The notes under the pieces: generated by a model | Told to the model about the DNA's origin: nothing | Databases searched by the model: none | The model's input: only the letters and a program-made list of their open reading frames with translations | DNA from: Macrostomum lignano | Lineage: Eukaryota | Direction: 5' to 3' | Length of the DNA stretch: 64,000 nucleotides | NCBI GenBank assembly: GCA_002269645.1 | Contig: NIVC01001874.1 | Span: 124,001-188,000 of the forward strand | Shown: piece after piece, positions 36,259-49,678 of the stretch | How the letters are laid out: each line of letters starts with the position of its first letter | How positions within the stretch are numbered: the stretch's first letter is position 1 | Program-made: the position numbers and the translations under genes

Positions 36259-39200
36259 TCAGTTGCCATTGCTGGCACTGTAGTCTGGCGGCTGCTCCTG
36301 TTTCAACGAAGTCTGCTCTGTTGCCGACTTCGGCTGCGATGTGATGGGCCCGTCTTTGGCACTGGAGTCTCCCGACTGGGAATTTGGAGTTTGGGGAGTA
36401 TTGTGTGACATTGGCCCACTGTGTAATACTGTCTACTGACACACTGTCTACTGTGACACTATCTACTGTGTGACACTGTCTACTGTGTGACACTATCTAC
36501 TGTGACACTGTCTACTGTGTGACACTGTCTACTGTGTGACACTATCTACTGTGTGACACTGTCTACTGTGTGACACTGTCTACTGTGGCACTGTCTACTG
36601 TGTGACACTATCTACTGTGACACTGTCTACTGTGTGACACTGTCTACTGTGTGACACTATCTACTGTGTGACACTGTCTACTGTGTGACACTGTCTACTG
36701 TGGCACTGTCTACTGTGTGACACTGTCTACTGTGACACTGTCTACTGTGTGACACTGTCTACTGTGTGACACTGTCTACTGTGTGACACTATCTACTGTG
36801 TGACACTGTCTACTGTGTGACACTATCTACTGTGTGACACTGTCTACTGTGACACTGTCTACTGTGTGACACTATCTACTGTGTGACACTGTCTACTGTG
36901 TGACACTGTCTACTGTGACACTGTCTACTGTGTGACACTGTCTACTGTGTGACACTGTCTACTGTGTGACACTGTCTACTGTGTGACACTGTCTACTGTG
37001 TGACACTATCTACTGTGGCACTGTCTACTGTGTGACACTGTCTACTGTGACACTGTCTACTGTGTGACACTATCTACTGTGTGACACTGTCTACTTTGTG
37101 ACACTGTCTACTTTGTGACACTGTCTTCTGTGTGATACTGTCTACTGTGTGACACTGTCTACTGTGTGACACAGTCTACTGTGTGACACAGTCTACTGTG
37201 TGACACAGTCTACTGTGTGACACAGTCTACTGTGTGACACAGTCTACTGTGTGAGTATCTACTGTGTGATACTGTCTACTGTGTGACACTATCTACTGTG
37301 TGATACTGTCTACTGTGTGACACTATCTACTGTGTGACACTGTCTACTGTGTGACACTGTCTACTGTGTGACACTGTCTACTGTGTGATACTGTCTACTG
37401 TGTGATACTGTCTACTGTGTGACACTGTCTACTTTGTGACACTGTCTACTGTGTGACACTGTCTACTGTGTGATACTGTCTACTGTGTGACACTATCTAC
37501 TGTGTGACACTGTCTACTGTGTGACACAGTCTACTGTGTGACACAGTCTACTGTGTGACACAGTCTACTGTGTGAGTATCTACTGTGTGATACTGTCTAC
37601 TGTGTGACACTGTCTACTGTGTGACACTATCTACTGTGTGATACTGTCTACTGTGTGATACTGTCTACTGTGTGACACTATCTACTGTGTGACACTGTCT
37701 ACTGTGTGACACTATCTACTGTGTGATACTGTCTACTGTGTGATACTGTCTACTGTGTGACACTGTCTACTGTGTGACACTATCTACTGTGTGATACTGT
37801 CTACTGTGTGATACTGTCTACTGTGTGATACTGTCTACTATGTGATACTGTCTACTGTGTGATACTGTCTACTGTGTGACCACGGCCCACAGTCTCCATC
37901 ATCAGTAAACTTTGCTCTCACCATGAAGGCATCAGCTTCGGACTCTTGTTCGTCATCCCTCGGGGCGCATTTGCCGCAGCAGAAATTGCAGCAACAACAG
38001 CAGCAGAGGCAGAAGAAGCAACCAGTGAACACGCAGCACAGCACAAACAGGGCCTTGGTTATAATGAATTGGTTAATGAATTAGTTAAATATAATTTTGC
38101 TGTACAGAATAATTACTTGCACTACTGACCAGTAGTAGTCAGTTAAAGATAAGATCTGAATAATGAAAAAAATGCTTCAGTAGGAATGGGATAAACAAAA
38201 ATATTTACTGTTTATATCGAATCCTGTTACTGCATTTTACTAAGCCTGAGCTAGGTGAACATAATCCGCACACACGTGGCGCTCGCAAATCCGGATATTA
38301 TTGGTGCAGGCGAACTATACGAATCCGTCCATTGCATAGAACCTGTCAACTTGTTACTGCCACCGCCACACCCAAGAGCTGTTTCTAATAATATTGCTAC
38401 AGTCATTTTACGAATATTTGGCATAAGTTAAAAGAAAAAACGCTATATAGTTGATAATATAACTGTAACTGAAACACTGCACTAGACTAAGAGTTTAAAA
38501 AAGAAGCAATTATAGAATATTTTTTTCGATTTTGCCAGAAAAAAATTGGCCCAAAAAGAGTTTGAAAGGCATTGCATTTGGAATTCCAATGTGAATACTG
38601 AAACTAGGGAGTTGCTAAGCTCTCGTGTGCATGCAAAGCGCGAATGTGGTATAGTTATTGATTGGTTTTTAACCGCGAGTGGAGAACAGAGGGAAAGAGT
38701 GGGCTTGGGATAAGAGTGAGAACAGCTCCAAAATTGGAACTCTGTAGCCGAGGGGGCGGGCGGGACAGCAACCGAAGGGAACTACCCAACTGTCCGCTGC
38801 GTTGCAGTGAGCAGTGAGTTGAGTCAAGTGACTCTTTTCAAGCATGGGTAAGGGAATTAAGGGTTACAGTTTAGAGTGAATTTATAATTTCAACTAGCAT
38901 GAATTCTAACCGTTCCTTTCAGCTGCAAAATGAGAATTTCACTGGCTGGAGATTGGGGAGGCCGATTCTCAATGGGGAATCTGAGAGGGAATTCACTGGC
39001 TGGAGATTGGGAGGCCGATTCTCAATGGGGAATCTGAGAGGGAATTCACTGGCTGGAGATTGGGGAGGCCGATTCTCAATGGGGAATCTGAGAGGGAATT
39101 CACTGGCTGGAGATTGGGGAGGCCGATTCTCAATGGGGAATCTGAGAGGGAATTCACTGGCTGGAGATTGGGGAGGCCGATTCTCAATGGGGAATCTGAG

Positions 39201-41784
39201 AGGGAATTCACTGGCTGGAGATTGGGGGGACCTATTCTCAATGGGGAATCTGAGAGGGAATTCACTGGCTGGAGATTGGGGAGGCCGATTCTCAATGGGG
39301 AATCTGAGAGGGAATTCACTGGCTGGAGATTGGGGAGGCCGATTCTCAATGGGGAATCTGAGAGGGAATTCACTGGCTGGAGATTGGGGAGGCCGATTCT
39401 CAATAGGGAATCTGAGAGGGAATTCACCGGCTGGAGATTGGGAGGCCGATTCTCAATGGGGAATCTGAGAGGGAATTCACCGGCTGGAGATTGGGGAAGC
39501 CAATTCTCAATGGGGAATCTGAGAGGGAATTCACCGGCTGGAGATTGGGAAGGCCGATTCTCAATGGGGAATCTGAGAGGGAATTCACCGGCTGGAGATT
39601 GGGGAGGCCGATTCTCAATGGGGAATCTGAGAGGGAATTCACCGGCTGGAGATTGGGGAAGCCAATTCTCAATGGGGAATCTGAGAGGGAATTCACCGGC
39701 TGGAGATTGGGGAGGCCGATTCTCAATGGGGAATCTGAGAGGGAATTCACCGGCTGGAGATTGGGGAAGCCAATTCTCAATGGGGAATCTGAGAGGGAAT
39801 TCACCGGCTGGAGATTGGGGAGGCCGATTCTCAATGGGGAATCTGAGAGGGAATTCACAGGCTGGAGATTGGGAGGCCGATTCTCAATGGGGAATCTGAG
39901 AGGGAATTCACCGGCTGGAGATTGGGAAGCCAATTCTTAATGGGGAATCTGAGAGGAAATTAACCGGCTGGAGATTGGGGAGGCCGATTCTCAATGGGGA
40001 ATCTGAGAGGGAATTCACCGGCTGGAGATTGGGAGGCCGATTCTCAATAGGGAATCTGAGAGGGAATTCACCGGCTGGAGATTGGGGGAGGGGTCGATGG
40101 GGATTGGGATTTTTGACTGCGATTTCGGTTCTGAGCAAGGCAACAGGTGAAAAGCCCGAAAGTTACCTTGCAGCAGGGATGACTCAGCACAAAGTAAGCG
40201 TTGACATTGTCCTCCCCGAACTGTGACGCGATGTGCAGCCCCATGGAGCCGTACTTGTCATAGATGCTCTTCTTTGTCTCATCGCTGAGAACCCGGTTGG
40301 CTCGGTTGATCTCTTTGAACTGTAAAGTTAATAGGGCGACTGGACAGTTATCTACTGATGAGTAGGTAGATTAGTAGATTTCGAAAAGTAGTAGATCAGC
40401 AGACTGCCGCTACCAGCCCTTGCAGAATAGCTATGCAATATGGGTATGATGACAGACTGCCACTTTACATTGGCTACTACCTAAGGAATGGCCAATAAAA
40501 TTACTAACACCAATAAATCAAAATAAATAATGAAATTCTGCATACCCTATCAGCTGATGCTGGATCGGGATTCTTGTCTGGGTGATACTGCAATGCCAGC
40601 TGGAATATTGACAAGGGTTAATTATATATTTGTATACTTATATACACATACCTATACATAAGCAAATTTGACAAATAAATTAATAGCAAACCTTTCTATA
40701 GGCCTTTTTAATCTGTTCCGGAGTTGCATCCTTCTGCAGGCCCAGTACCTGATATAGGCTTTCACCAGTTGTCCTATAGAAATGTAAGAAATGAATGACA
40801 GTTTGATACATATCATATTTTCTTTATTTAAGAAGACTATTGCAGCTCCTCAATCCCTTAGCAGGTTACCCTCTCTTTTGTTCCTTAGCTAGCTGTCCCA
40901 TTTTAAGTCCTTTAACAAGCTGCCCTAGATGAAGCAAAGATTTATTAAAGGTTTTAATTAAGCCTAGTCTAAAGGCTTGCTTATACTATTATCAAACAAG
41001 GCCAAAATTGGTATGATAATATGCCTTATAGCTTATATAAGTACATAAACTTTCATTCCATGTAAGTGACTTATTAGTATACTATTAGTATGATTTAATG
41101 GCAATATGAATTGGCCTACTTATAAGTCATTTAAGATCAAGACTTAGAATTAAAGAATGACTATTTTAATTATATAATTTATTTTAGTCTATTTTTATCA
41201 AAAAAATTATATCATTACCTATGTTAACCTTATATATAGCTATCATTATACATATATTTTATTTAGTCTAAATTGAGAGTTTTTAAGTAGTTTAATATTC
41301 AGGCAAATAATTAAAAGTAAATACTTTAGTTAATTAAAAACCTTTTATTAATTAAATTTTCTTAATTAATAACTTTATTATAATAGCTTAATTTATTTAC
41401 TTAATTTTTTTTCAAGAAAATTATTTACTATAGATTTATAGTATATTTCAAATCATTGCTTCTTTATACTTAAAAGTGATAATTACCATTTGTCAATGTA
41501 TATTTAGCAACATTCAAAACCGCCACCTTGCTTAGACATACATAGTATACCAAAGTGAAAGTAAGAAACCTTTCATCATTACAGTATTTTTTTCTGAAGT
41601 CAATCGCTCTGCCAATTTCCAAGGGTGGCGGGTTTGACTGTTGCTGAGTGTATATAAGTTATGAATATCTATTGTGAAAATGAAACCCGCCAGTTATAAT
41701 AATATGAACTATGAGTCAATCCCAAAAATCCTATGCTTACGAGAGCTTTCGTCCTCCATCACGCTCTGATGGCCCAGATGCCAT
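36259..41784 (-). CDS. DNAJC5: Cysteine string protein (DnaJ C5), 193 aa, 6 exons
   Basis: Exons 41784-41741, 40773-40692, 40599-40546, 40319-40167, 38053-37922, 36375-36259 splice in frame (582 nt): [27 protein letters not shown]...[14 protein letters not shown]...[28 protein letters not shown]...[24 protein letters not shown]...; J-domain HPD motif and cysteine string. These exons are mostly missed by the ORF track. Confidence 0.95.
36417..37881 (+). repeat. 15-17-bp minisatellite (~88 copies) filling DNAJC5 last intron
   Basis: Unit CTGTCTACTGTGTGACA. Confidence 0.95.
38933..40088 (+). repeat. 53-54-bp minisatellite (~21 copies), DNAJC5 intron 4
   Basis: Unit GGGAATTCAC(T/C)GGCTGGAGATTGGGGAGGCCGATTCTCAATGGGGAATCTGAGA. 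Confidence 0.95.
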
Positions 41785-43389
41785 CAAATATTTGCTTAGT
41801 TTTCTAACTGCAATCGACACGTAGCACAAAGATTAGTAGTAGAGAAACCAAGATCCGAAACAACTCATCTCCCCGCGTCTTCCCAGGACGGCTTGGTCTT
41901 TGGACCAAAATAGTAGTATTGATTTTATGAACTATACAGTTCAATTTTCAATTTTTTATTACACAACGGCAACTGATAGAACGTTTTATATAATTTATAT
42001 CAGCATTAGCAATGTATGTCTTGTATTGTAACAGATTATGACTTGCGAGCAACAATAACGGAGCTTTCTAAGAAACTAATACGTTTTAAAAACTCTTTTC
42101 ATAATAACAAGTTCTTAAATAATTATTTCAGTGGTCCAGAAACGGTCATGATGGCTTTTAGAATTAAAGCAGCAATCGATTTTAAAAACTGCATTTGTGA
42201 ATACTACTTATCAAAATATCAAAAGTCATTACCTACAGTGGAGTCATGTCAGGATACAGTCGATCCTTTGCCCAGATTTTTTTTCTTGAAGGATTGCAAG
42301 AGGGTCCCATTAAATTTTCGTCAAACCCCCTACACCCCCTTTGGGCTTTGACACACACCGGGATCTGTCCCTCCGCCCTAATCCAATTTCTGGTTGCTAG
42401 ATTTATTTTTGCCACAAAACCAATTCTTTGGTGTGTACATGTAACCACAATTTTTTTCACATGTCAAATTAAAGGCTATTTTTTCATCAAATAGCTGCAA
42501 ATTACACAAGTTTAAACATTGCAGTGGCTTCAAAAATCATGCATGTGGCAGTTCCACACCTAAAAAGGATCAACAATTGTACCATTTCAATCTTTAATTT
42601 TCTGAAAGAAACTCCCAAGACGCATGGCTAAAGAATCAAAAAGACTTTTGAATACATCGTTAATAAAGCATTCTTTAATAAAAGTACAAAACTACATGTA
42701 CATTACTTTACTCTACTTATAGATATATAGCTAGATACATGTATTTAAAAACAAAAAACTTTTTAACTCGTGTAAGCGAAGTAACCCGAGAACAAAAACA
42801 GTAGTATATATACTTCCTCGTAACTGTTTACTGTTGCGAGTATGCAGTACACCCCTATTATTTCTTAGTTTAGTTTCCATCATGTAAGCATAGACTGTAT
42901 CTATTTGTTTACATGTACATGAGTCAATAATTGTAAACGAGTAAATGACGATAATTAATAAATTCGATAGAAAATTCAAACTCAGAATTTTACCCTAAGT
43001 TTCCCATATATAAGCTTAAATATATCAATAGCTTCCGCCATTCTGACTGTACCTGTTGTACACGTTCTCCGATAGTGTCAAGTGTGCCTTAAAGCCTAGC
43101 TATAACCCAGCCTGTCAGCTTGCGCCCAGAAAAGAATAGATACATGTACATTATAGGGTCTGGCGAGAGTACACTTGTTGACCGAGTGAAGACAGCCGTG
43201 TTCTTCTATCGCACAAATGTACGCAGGCAGAACACGAGAGGAGGGGAGCTGGGTGAGAAGAATGAGAGGCTGCTTTATTTCTGCTAGAAGACAAAGCACA
43301 TAGTCCTTTTTTGCTGCTCTTTCAGCATGCAGGGACTCCTAAAGGTAAAAAGGTAATTAGACTCTGAAAGACAGAGCCAAAGCAGACCG

Positions 43390-46300
43390 ATGTCAGACTG
43401 GGCCGAGGCCGTTTTGACCGGCCAATTCAATGCAGAAATTTCAACGCTGCTCCTTCCGGGTGCGCTGCTGCTCGCCCCCCTGCTGGTGCTACTGGAGCTC
43501 ACAAACTGGCGCCGCAGGCTGCTGGACCTGTGCTTGGCATTCCAGCGCGATGCCTTCTACCACCTGGCCAGCCTTGACAGGCCGTCTGTGACGCCAGCGG
43601 CAGCCGCCGACGTTTTAGCCGCCTTCGAGTCCACAGCTGCCGCCCTGCCGGACAAGGCCTGCTTCATCGCCGACGAAGAGGTCTGGAGCTTCGGCCTGGT
43701 GGCCGATCTGGCGACCCGGCTGGCCACCTACTTGGCCCGCCGCCTGCCCACCGGGGCGGCTGTCGGGGTCGCCGTCCGGCCCTCGGCATTGCACGCCGCT
43801 CTGTGGCTGGGAGCCGCCAAGGCCGGGTGCCTGGCCGTTCTCCTCGATCCCGACGACCCGGGAGACGCCGACGCCGACGCCTGCATGCGGCGCAGGCGAC
43901 TTCGCCGACTATCCGTCCTGGTCTACGAGGCTGACGCGGAGACGGCGCTGCTGTCGGCACTGCCGATGCTGCGCCACCTCCGGCTGCTGCTCAGCTGCCA
44001 CGGCGAGCCCGATAGGCCGCCACGTCTGCCCGGAGCTCTTCGCCTCGAGGCCGAGCTGCTGGCCGAGACGGAGAATCCGTCCCCGATGCCTCTGCTGCCG
44101 CGCCAGCCGGACCACCGGGCCCCGCTGTTGGTCGCCACTGAGGCTGGGCGGCAGCTGGCGCTGACGCACGCCGACTATCTTCAAATAGCCGCTCTGCCCC
44201 GCCTGCTGCTCGAGCTGGGCCGGGAGGACGTGCTGTACATCTGCCAGCCGCTGCACACCGCGCTGGCCACGGCTGCCGGCGTCGGGCTGGCCATCACCGA
44301 AGGCGCCACCTGCGTCTTGCGGAGCGACTGCTCACCGATTGGCTACTGGACTGACTGCGCAAGGTAGGGGCTGAGGCTCAGAGTGCGGATTAGATACCTG
44401 GACTGCCAGGTGGGGCTGGGGCTCAGAGTGGACTGTTACTCCTAAATCAATTTAGATGTCCTTGAGCCTGATAAGCGAAGGTACCGCAACTCATCGGCAG
44501 GCACGGCTGCACCGCTGGCCTGTACGATGCCGCCCTGGCCGCCGAGCTGGTCCGGCGACCCGGCCGCCCCACCGACAGGCTGCACTCGACCACCCGACTG
44601 CTGGGCCGAGGCCTGCCAACCGGCGGTCGCCAGCAGCTCGTAGAGCGGTTCGGCCTCGACGAGGTTGTCGAACTCGGCGGCGCCTGCGCCGGTGCGCCGG
44701 CTTTCCTAGCCAGCGACAACGCCGCCGGGAGCGCCGACTGCGGCGCCAACCGGGTGTCGGTGGGCTTCCGGCCGCTTTGGCTGCCCGGCCGAGCGCCCGT
44801 ACGGCTGCTGCGGCTGTCGGCGGACTCTGGCTTGCCGGACTGGGACTGCCGAGCCGGCTGCAGGGAGGGCGACTCCGTTCTCCCGCTGTTCCCCAACGAT
44901 GGCGCCTTGTCGGTGGCGACTGCTGCTGAGCGGCCCAACCGGCTAGCGGGGGTTTTCCAGCCGGGCGACGACTATCGGCACTGGCTGGGCGGCCCGCTGA
45001 CCGTGGGGCGGCTGGGCAACCTGACGGAGTCGCCGGATGAGGCGCCGCCGGTTCACCAGGGCCGATACTGGCTGCCGGGGAAGAAGTCAGCCAGAGCAGA
45101 GGTAAGCATTTTGGTATCAGATCCTCGCCCACCTTAATCTCCGCTCCTCATCCACCTTAACCTCCGCTCCTCACCCACCTTAACCTCCGCTCCTCACCCA
45201 CCTTAACCTCCGCTCCTCTCCCACCTTAATCTCCGCTTCTCACCCACCTTAATCTCCGCTCCTCACCCACCTTAATCTCCGCTCCTCACCCACCTTAATC
45301 TCCGCTCCTCACCCACCTTAATCTCCGCTCCTCACCCACCTTAATCTCCGCTCCTCTCCCACCTTAATCTCCGCTCCTCACCCACCTTAATCTCCGCTTC
45401 TCACCTCTCTTAATCTCCGCTCCTCACCCCCCTTAATCTCCGCTCCTCACCCACCTTAATCTCCGCTCCTCACCCACCTTAATCTCCGCTCCTCACCTAC
45501 CTTAATCTCCGCTCCTCACCCACCTTAATCTCCGCTCCTCACCTACCCTAATCTCCGCTTCTCACCCAACTTAATCTCCGCTCCTCACCCACCTTAATCT
45601 CCGCTCCTCACCCACCTTAATCTCCGCTCCTCACCCACCTTAATCTCCGCTCCTCACCCACCTTAATCTCCGCTCCTCTCCCACCTTAATCTCCGCTCCT
45701 CACCCACCTTAATCTCCGCTTCTCACCTCTCTTAATCTCCGCTCCTCACCCCCCCTTAATCTCCGCTCCTCACCCACCTTAATCTCCGCTCCTCACCCAC
45801 CTTAATCTCCGCTCCTCACCTACCTTAATCTCCGCTCCTCACCCACCTTAATCTCCGCTCCTCACCCACCTTAATCTCCGCTCCTCACCCACCTTAATCT
45901 CCACTCCTCACCCACCTTAACCTCCGCTCCTCTCCCACCTTAATCTCCGCTCCTCACCCACCTTAATCTCCGCTCCTCACCCACCTTAACCTCCGCTCCT
46001 CTCCCACCTTAACCTCAGCTACTCTCCCACCTTAATCTCCGCTCCTCACCCACCTTAACCTCCGCTCCTCACCCACCTTAATCTCCGCTCCTCACATACC
46101 TTAATCTCCGCTCCTCACCCACCTTAATCTCCGCTCCTCACCTACCCTAATCTCCGCTTCTCACCCAACTTAATCTCCGCTTCTCACCCACCTTAATCTC
46201 CGCTCCTCACCCACCTTAATCTCCGCTCCTCACCCACCTTAATCTCCGCTCCTCACCCACCTTAATCTCCGCTCCTCACCCACCTTAATCTCCGCTCCTC

Positions 46301-47196
46301 TCCCACCTTAATCTCCGCTCCTCACCCACCTTAATCTCCGCTTCTCACCTCTCTTAATCTCCGCTCCTCACCCCCCTTAATCTCCGCTCCTCACCCACCT
46401 TAATCTCCGCTCCTCACCCACCTTAATCTCCGCTCCTCACCTACCTTAATCTCCGCTCCTCACCCACCTTAATCTCCGCTCCTCACCCACCTTAATCTCC
46501 GCTCCTCACCCACCTTAATCTCCACTCCTCACCCACCTTAACCTCCGCTCCTCTCCCACCTTAATCTCCGCTCCTCACCCACCTTAATCTCCGCTCCTCA
46601 CCCACCTTAACCTCCGCTCCTCTCCCACCTTAACCTCCGCTCCTCTCCCACCTTAATCTCCGCTCCTCACCCACCTTAACCTCCGCTCCTCACCCACCTT
46701 AATCTCCGCTCCTCACCCACCTCAATCTCCGCTCCTCACCCACCTTAATCTCCGCTCCTCACCCACCTTAATCTCCGCTCCTCACACACAGCTGCAGTCA
46801 ATCCTATCTAACCTGCTGCCGGAATGCGGCGGCCGCTGCCAGCTGTCCTGCATCGCTGCCCAGCCGCAGGACGATGGTCATCTGGCCGCCGGCGAGGTCG
46901 CCTACACGGTGCCCAGCCGAGACAGTCTGAACCTGCCGCCTGAGGCGGACAGCGGCGACCTTGAAGACTTCTGCCGCCAGCAGCTCGGCCGCCGAATCAA
47001 GCGCGCGTTCGAGTCCCGATTGCCCTGCTACGCCAGGCCGCGGGTGGTTCGAATCGGCACCGCCGACGGTGACGTCATCGGCCAGTACGAAGTCTGCCCC
47101 GACTCTGGCGACCTGCTTGATCTGAGCGACGCCGACTATCGACTGCTGCGGAAGGACCTGCGCCGGCTGTGGCGCTCGACTGACCATAGCGACTGA
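43390..47196 (+). CDS. FATP/SLC27-like (very-long-chain acyl-CoA synthetase fold) protein with degenerate catalytic motifs, ~659 aa, 3 exons
   Basis: Exons 43390-44363, 44501-45101, 46792-47196 in frame (phases 2,0; 1980 nt). FATP-like blocks: N-terminal hydrophobic helix, FESTAAALPDKACFIADEEVWSF, EDVLYICQPLHT, YWTDCARHGCT, GVFQPGDDY, LPCYARPRVVRI. Confidence 0.8.
45127..46785 (+). repeat. 23-bp C-rich minisatellite (~72 copies) occupying almost all of FATP-like intron 2
   Basis: Unit CCACCTTAATCTCCGCTCCTCAC; starts ~25 nt after donor 45102, ends a few nt before acceptor 46791. Confidence 0.97.
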
Positions 47197-47597
47197 ATTA
47201 TGTGCATTTTAGTAGCCCGTAACAATACTCAATACAATAGCTATAGTTAAACCCAAATATATAAGTAGCTCTTGACTTAGGAAATCTTAATTGGAATCTG
47301 AAGGGTACCTACCAGTAAACTAGGATTTTAGCTCATACAGTATTAATTTTTAAACTTCATTTCCTTGGTTGCTGCCCGCGCTCGCCCACCTACTCAGCAA
47401 CTTCAATTTCTATATAAGGGAACAACTGTTCAATAATCTTGATTTCAATTAGTTATCTTCAGAAGGCCTAAAGTGCATTTTTGGCGTCTTATCCCTGATT
47501 ACAATATTTCAGGTGTTGTATTGTAACTTGAGAAGGCATTTATGATCCAATTATCTAATTGTCAGTGAAGCAATTAAGTTTCGGGCCGACAGAGATA

Positions 47598-48915
47598 CGA
47601 GGGGTGATCAAAAAGTTCTGCAAGTGACCTCACAACTCTGTGCTACAGCACCCGAGGCGTCTAATCAGTGTCACATTCCCTAAAAGTACTTTCCACCACT
47701 ATCTATGCACCGTCGCATCCGTGTGCACCATGTCTGAAAGCAGTCCTGGTACTCCGAAGTTGGTATACCCTGTAGAGCTGAATGTACCGCTTGGGCAAGG
47801 TCTTGCATGCGTGAAAACGGCCTCCCAGAAATGACGGATTTGATCCTCGGGAACAGCCAAAAGTCGCAAGGTGCTAGGTCTAGAGAGTAGGATGGATGGG
47901 GCAGCAGCCGGACCCCCTGCTGCTCCAGGTACGCCATGGTTGAGGCCGCTCTGTGCGGTGCCGCATTGTCATGATGCAGCAGGAGTCGAGGTCCATGTCT
48001 GGTTCGCGCACATTCCTGCCGCTCCTGCAGCACTCCTGGCAGAACAGTGTCTGTGTAGTACCTGGCAGTCACTGTGGCACCCGCTGGAAGGATGTTTACC
48101 GATACAACACCCTGAGAGTTGAAAAAAATGGTGAACATCCGCTTCCGACTGCGGAATCCGGTCTTCAGCACCTCAGGCATTGGCTCATCTTCTGCCAGCC
48201 AGACCATGTTGGACTGCTTATCCTTCATGGTAAAAGAAGGAGATCCAACATTCGTCTCCTGTGATGACATCCGACAGTCGTCGTGGGCCGTGGGGCTCAA
48301 ACATTTGCAGCCACAAGCGACAGTTGCGCACCCTCTCTGCTTGCTGCTCCGGAGTGAGAAGATGGGTACCCACCGAGCGCAGGTCTTTGTGCGGCCTAGT
48401 TGCTCATGCATGATGTTATGAGCACTTCCACAGCTGACACCAAGCTCATAGGCAATGAATCTTAGCATAATGCTCCAATCCTCACGAATTATTGCATCGG
48501 CACGGGCCACGACATCTTCGGTCACGGATGTCCGGGGTCAGCCAGACCTCGGTTCATCGTTGAAGCTGTCCCAGCCTTCCAAGAAATGGCGCAGCCAGCG
48601 GGCAACCATGTCAAATGATGGAGCAGAGTCAGCTAAAACATTCACCAGATCGGTGTGAATCTCAGTCACTTTGCAACCAAGTTGCATGCACATAAAGATA
48701 TAGAAGCGAACACTGTCTTTTGTTGTTTCCATCAGCTACTGAAAACACATGGAAAATATATGGCTGTGAAATTTTACTGGAGCACATTTGGAAGCCAAAA
48801 ATGCATATAAATATAGCAAACAGATACAGCTGCATATGTGTAAGTTTTTGGCTTTTCCCGATTCTATAACTAAAAGCTATAACAAAAGGTTGCAGAACTT
48901 TTTGATCACCCCTCG
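47598..48915 (-). mobile_element. Full-length mariner (DD34D-type) transposon, 1318 bp, inactivated
   Basis: Perfect 26-bp TIRs CGAGGGGTGATCAAAAAGTTCTGCAA, TA on both sides (47596-47597, 48916-48917). Confidence 0.95.
47680..48732 (-). pseudogene. Mariner transposase pseudogene
   Basis: METTKDSVRF...EPRSG*PRTSVTED (TGA at 48538-48540 where EPRSGRP is expected); -1 frameshift at WVP(HLL) and +1 after (TGDECWISF); HDNAAPH and YSLDLAPCDF catalytic-type motifs present. Confidence 0.92.
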
Positions 48916-49016
48916 TAATTGCTTCAGGACGGCACAGAGGTCGTAAAAGATCAAAGGATGCCGCACATTATCTCGAATAGTTTTAATTGGCTAGTTTAAT
49001 ATAGAAAATAAATTAA

Positions 49017-49678
49017 TTTGTGACAGTGAATCGTCACTGGCAGTCAATTTGTGACAGTGAATCGTCACTCGCAGTCAATTTGTGACAGTGAATCGTCACT
49101 GGCAGTCAATTTGTGACAGTGAATTGTCACTGGCAGTCAATTTGTGACAGTGAATCGTCACTGGCAGTCAATTTGTGACAGTGAATTGTCACTGGCAGTC
49201 AATTTGTGACAGTGAATTGTCACTGGCAGTCAATTTGTGACAGTGAATCGTCACTGGCAGTCAATTTGTGACAGTTAATTATCACTGGCAGTCGATTTGT
49301 GACAGTAAATCGTCACTGGCAGTCGATTTGTGACAGTAAATCGTCACTGGCAGTCGATTTGTGACAGTGAATTGTCACTGGCAGTCAATTTGTGACAGTG
49401 AATTATCACTGGCAGTCGATTTGTGACAGTAAATCGTCACTGGCAGTCAATTTGTGACAGTGAATTATCACTGGCAGTCGATTTGTGACAGTAAATCGTC
49501 ACTGGCAGTCAATTTGTGACAGTGAATTATCACTGGCAGTCGATTTGTGACAGTAAATCGTCACTGGCAGTCGATTTGTGGCAGTAAATCGTCACTGGCA
49601 GTCAATTTGTGACAGTGAATTATCACTGGCAGTCGATTTGTGACAGTGAATTGTCACTGGCAGCTAACTTGTGACAAT
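49017..49678 (+). repeat. 31-bp minisatellite (~21 copies) with an internally palindromic unit
   Basis: Unit TTTGTGACAGTGAATTGTCACTGGCAGTCAA. Confidence 0.95.

Noticed and set aside
38899-40226. 18-aa periodic ORFs on both strands
   Set aside because: 54-bp minisatellite in DNAJC5 intron 4.
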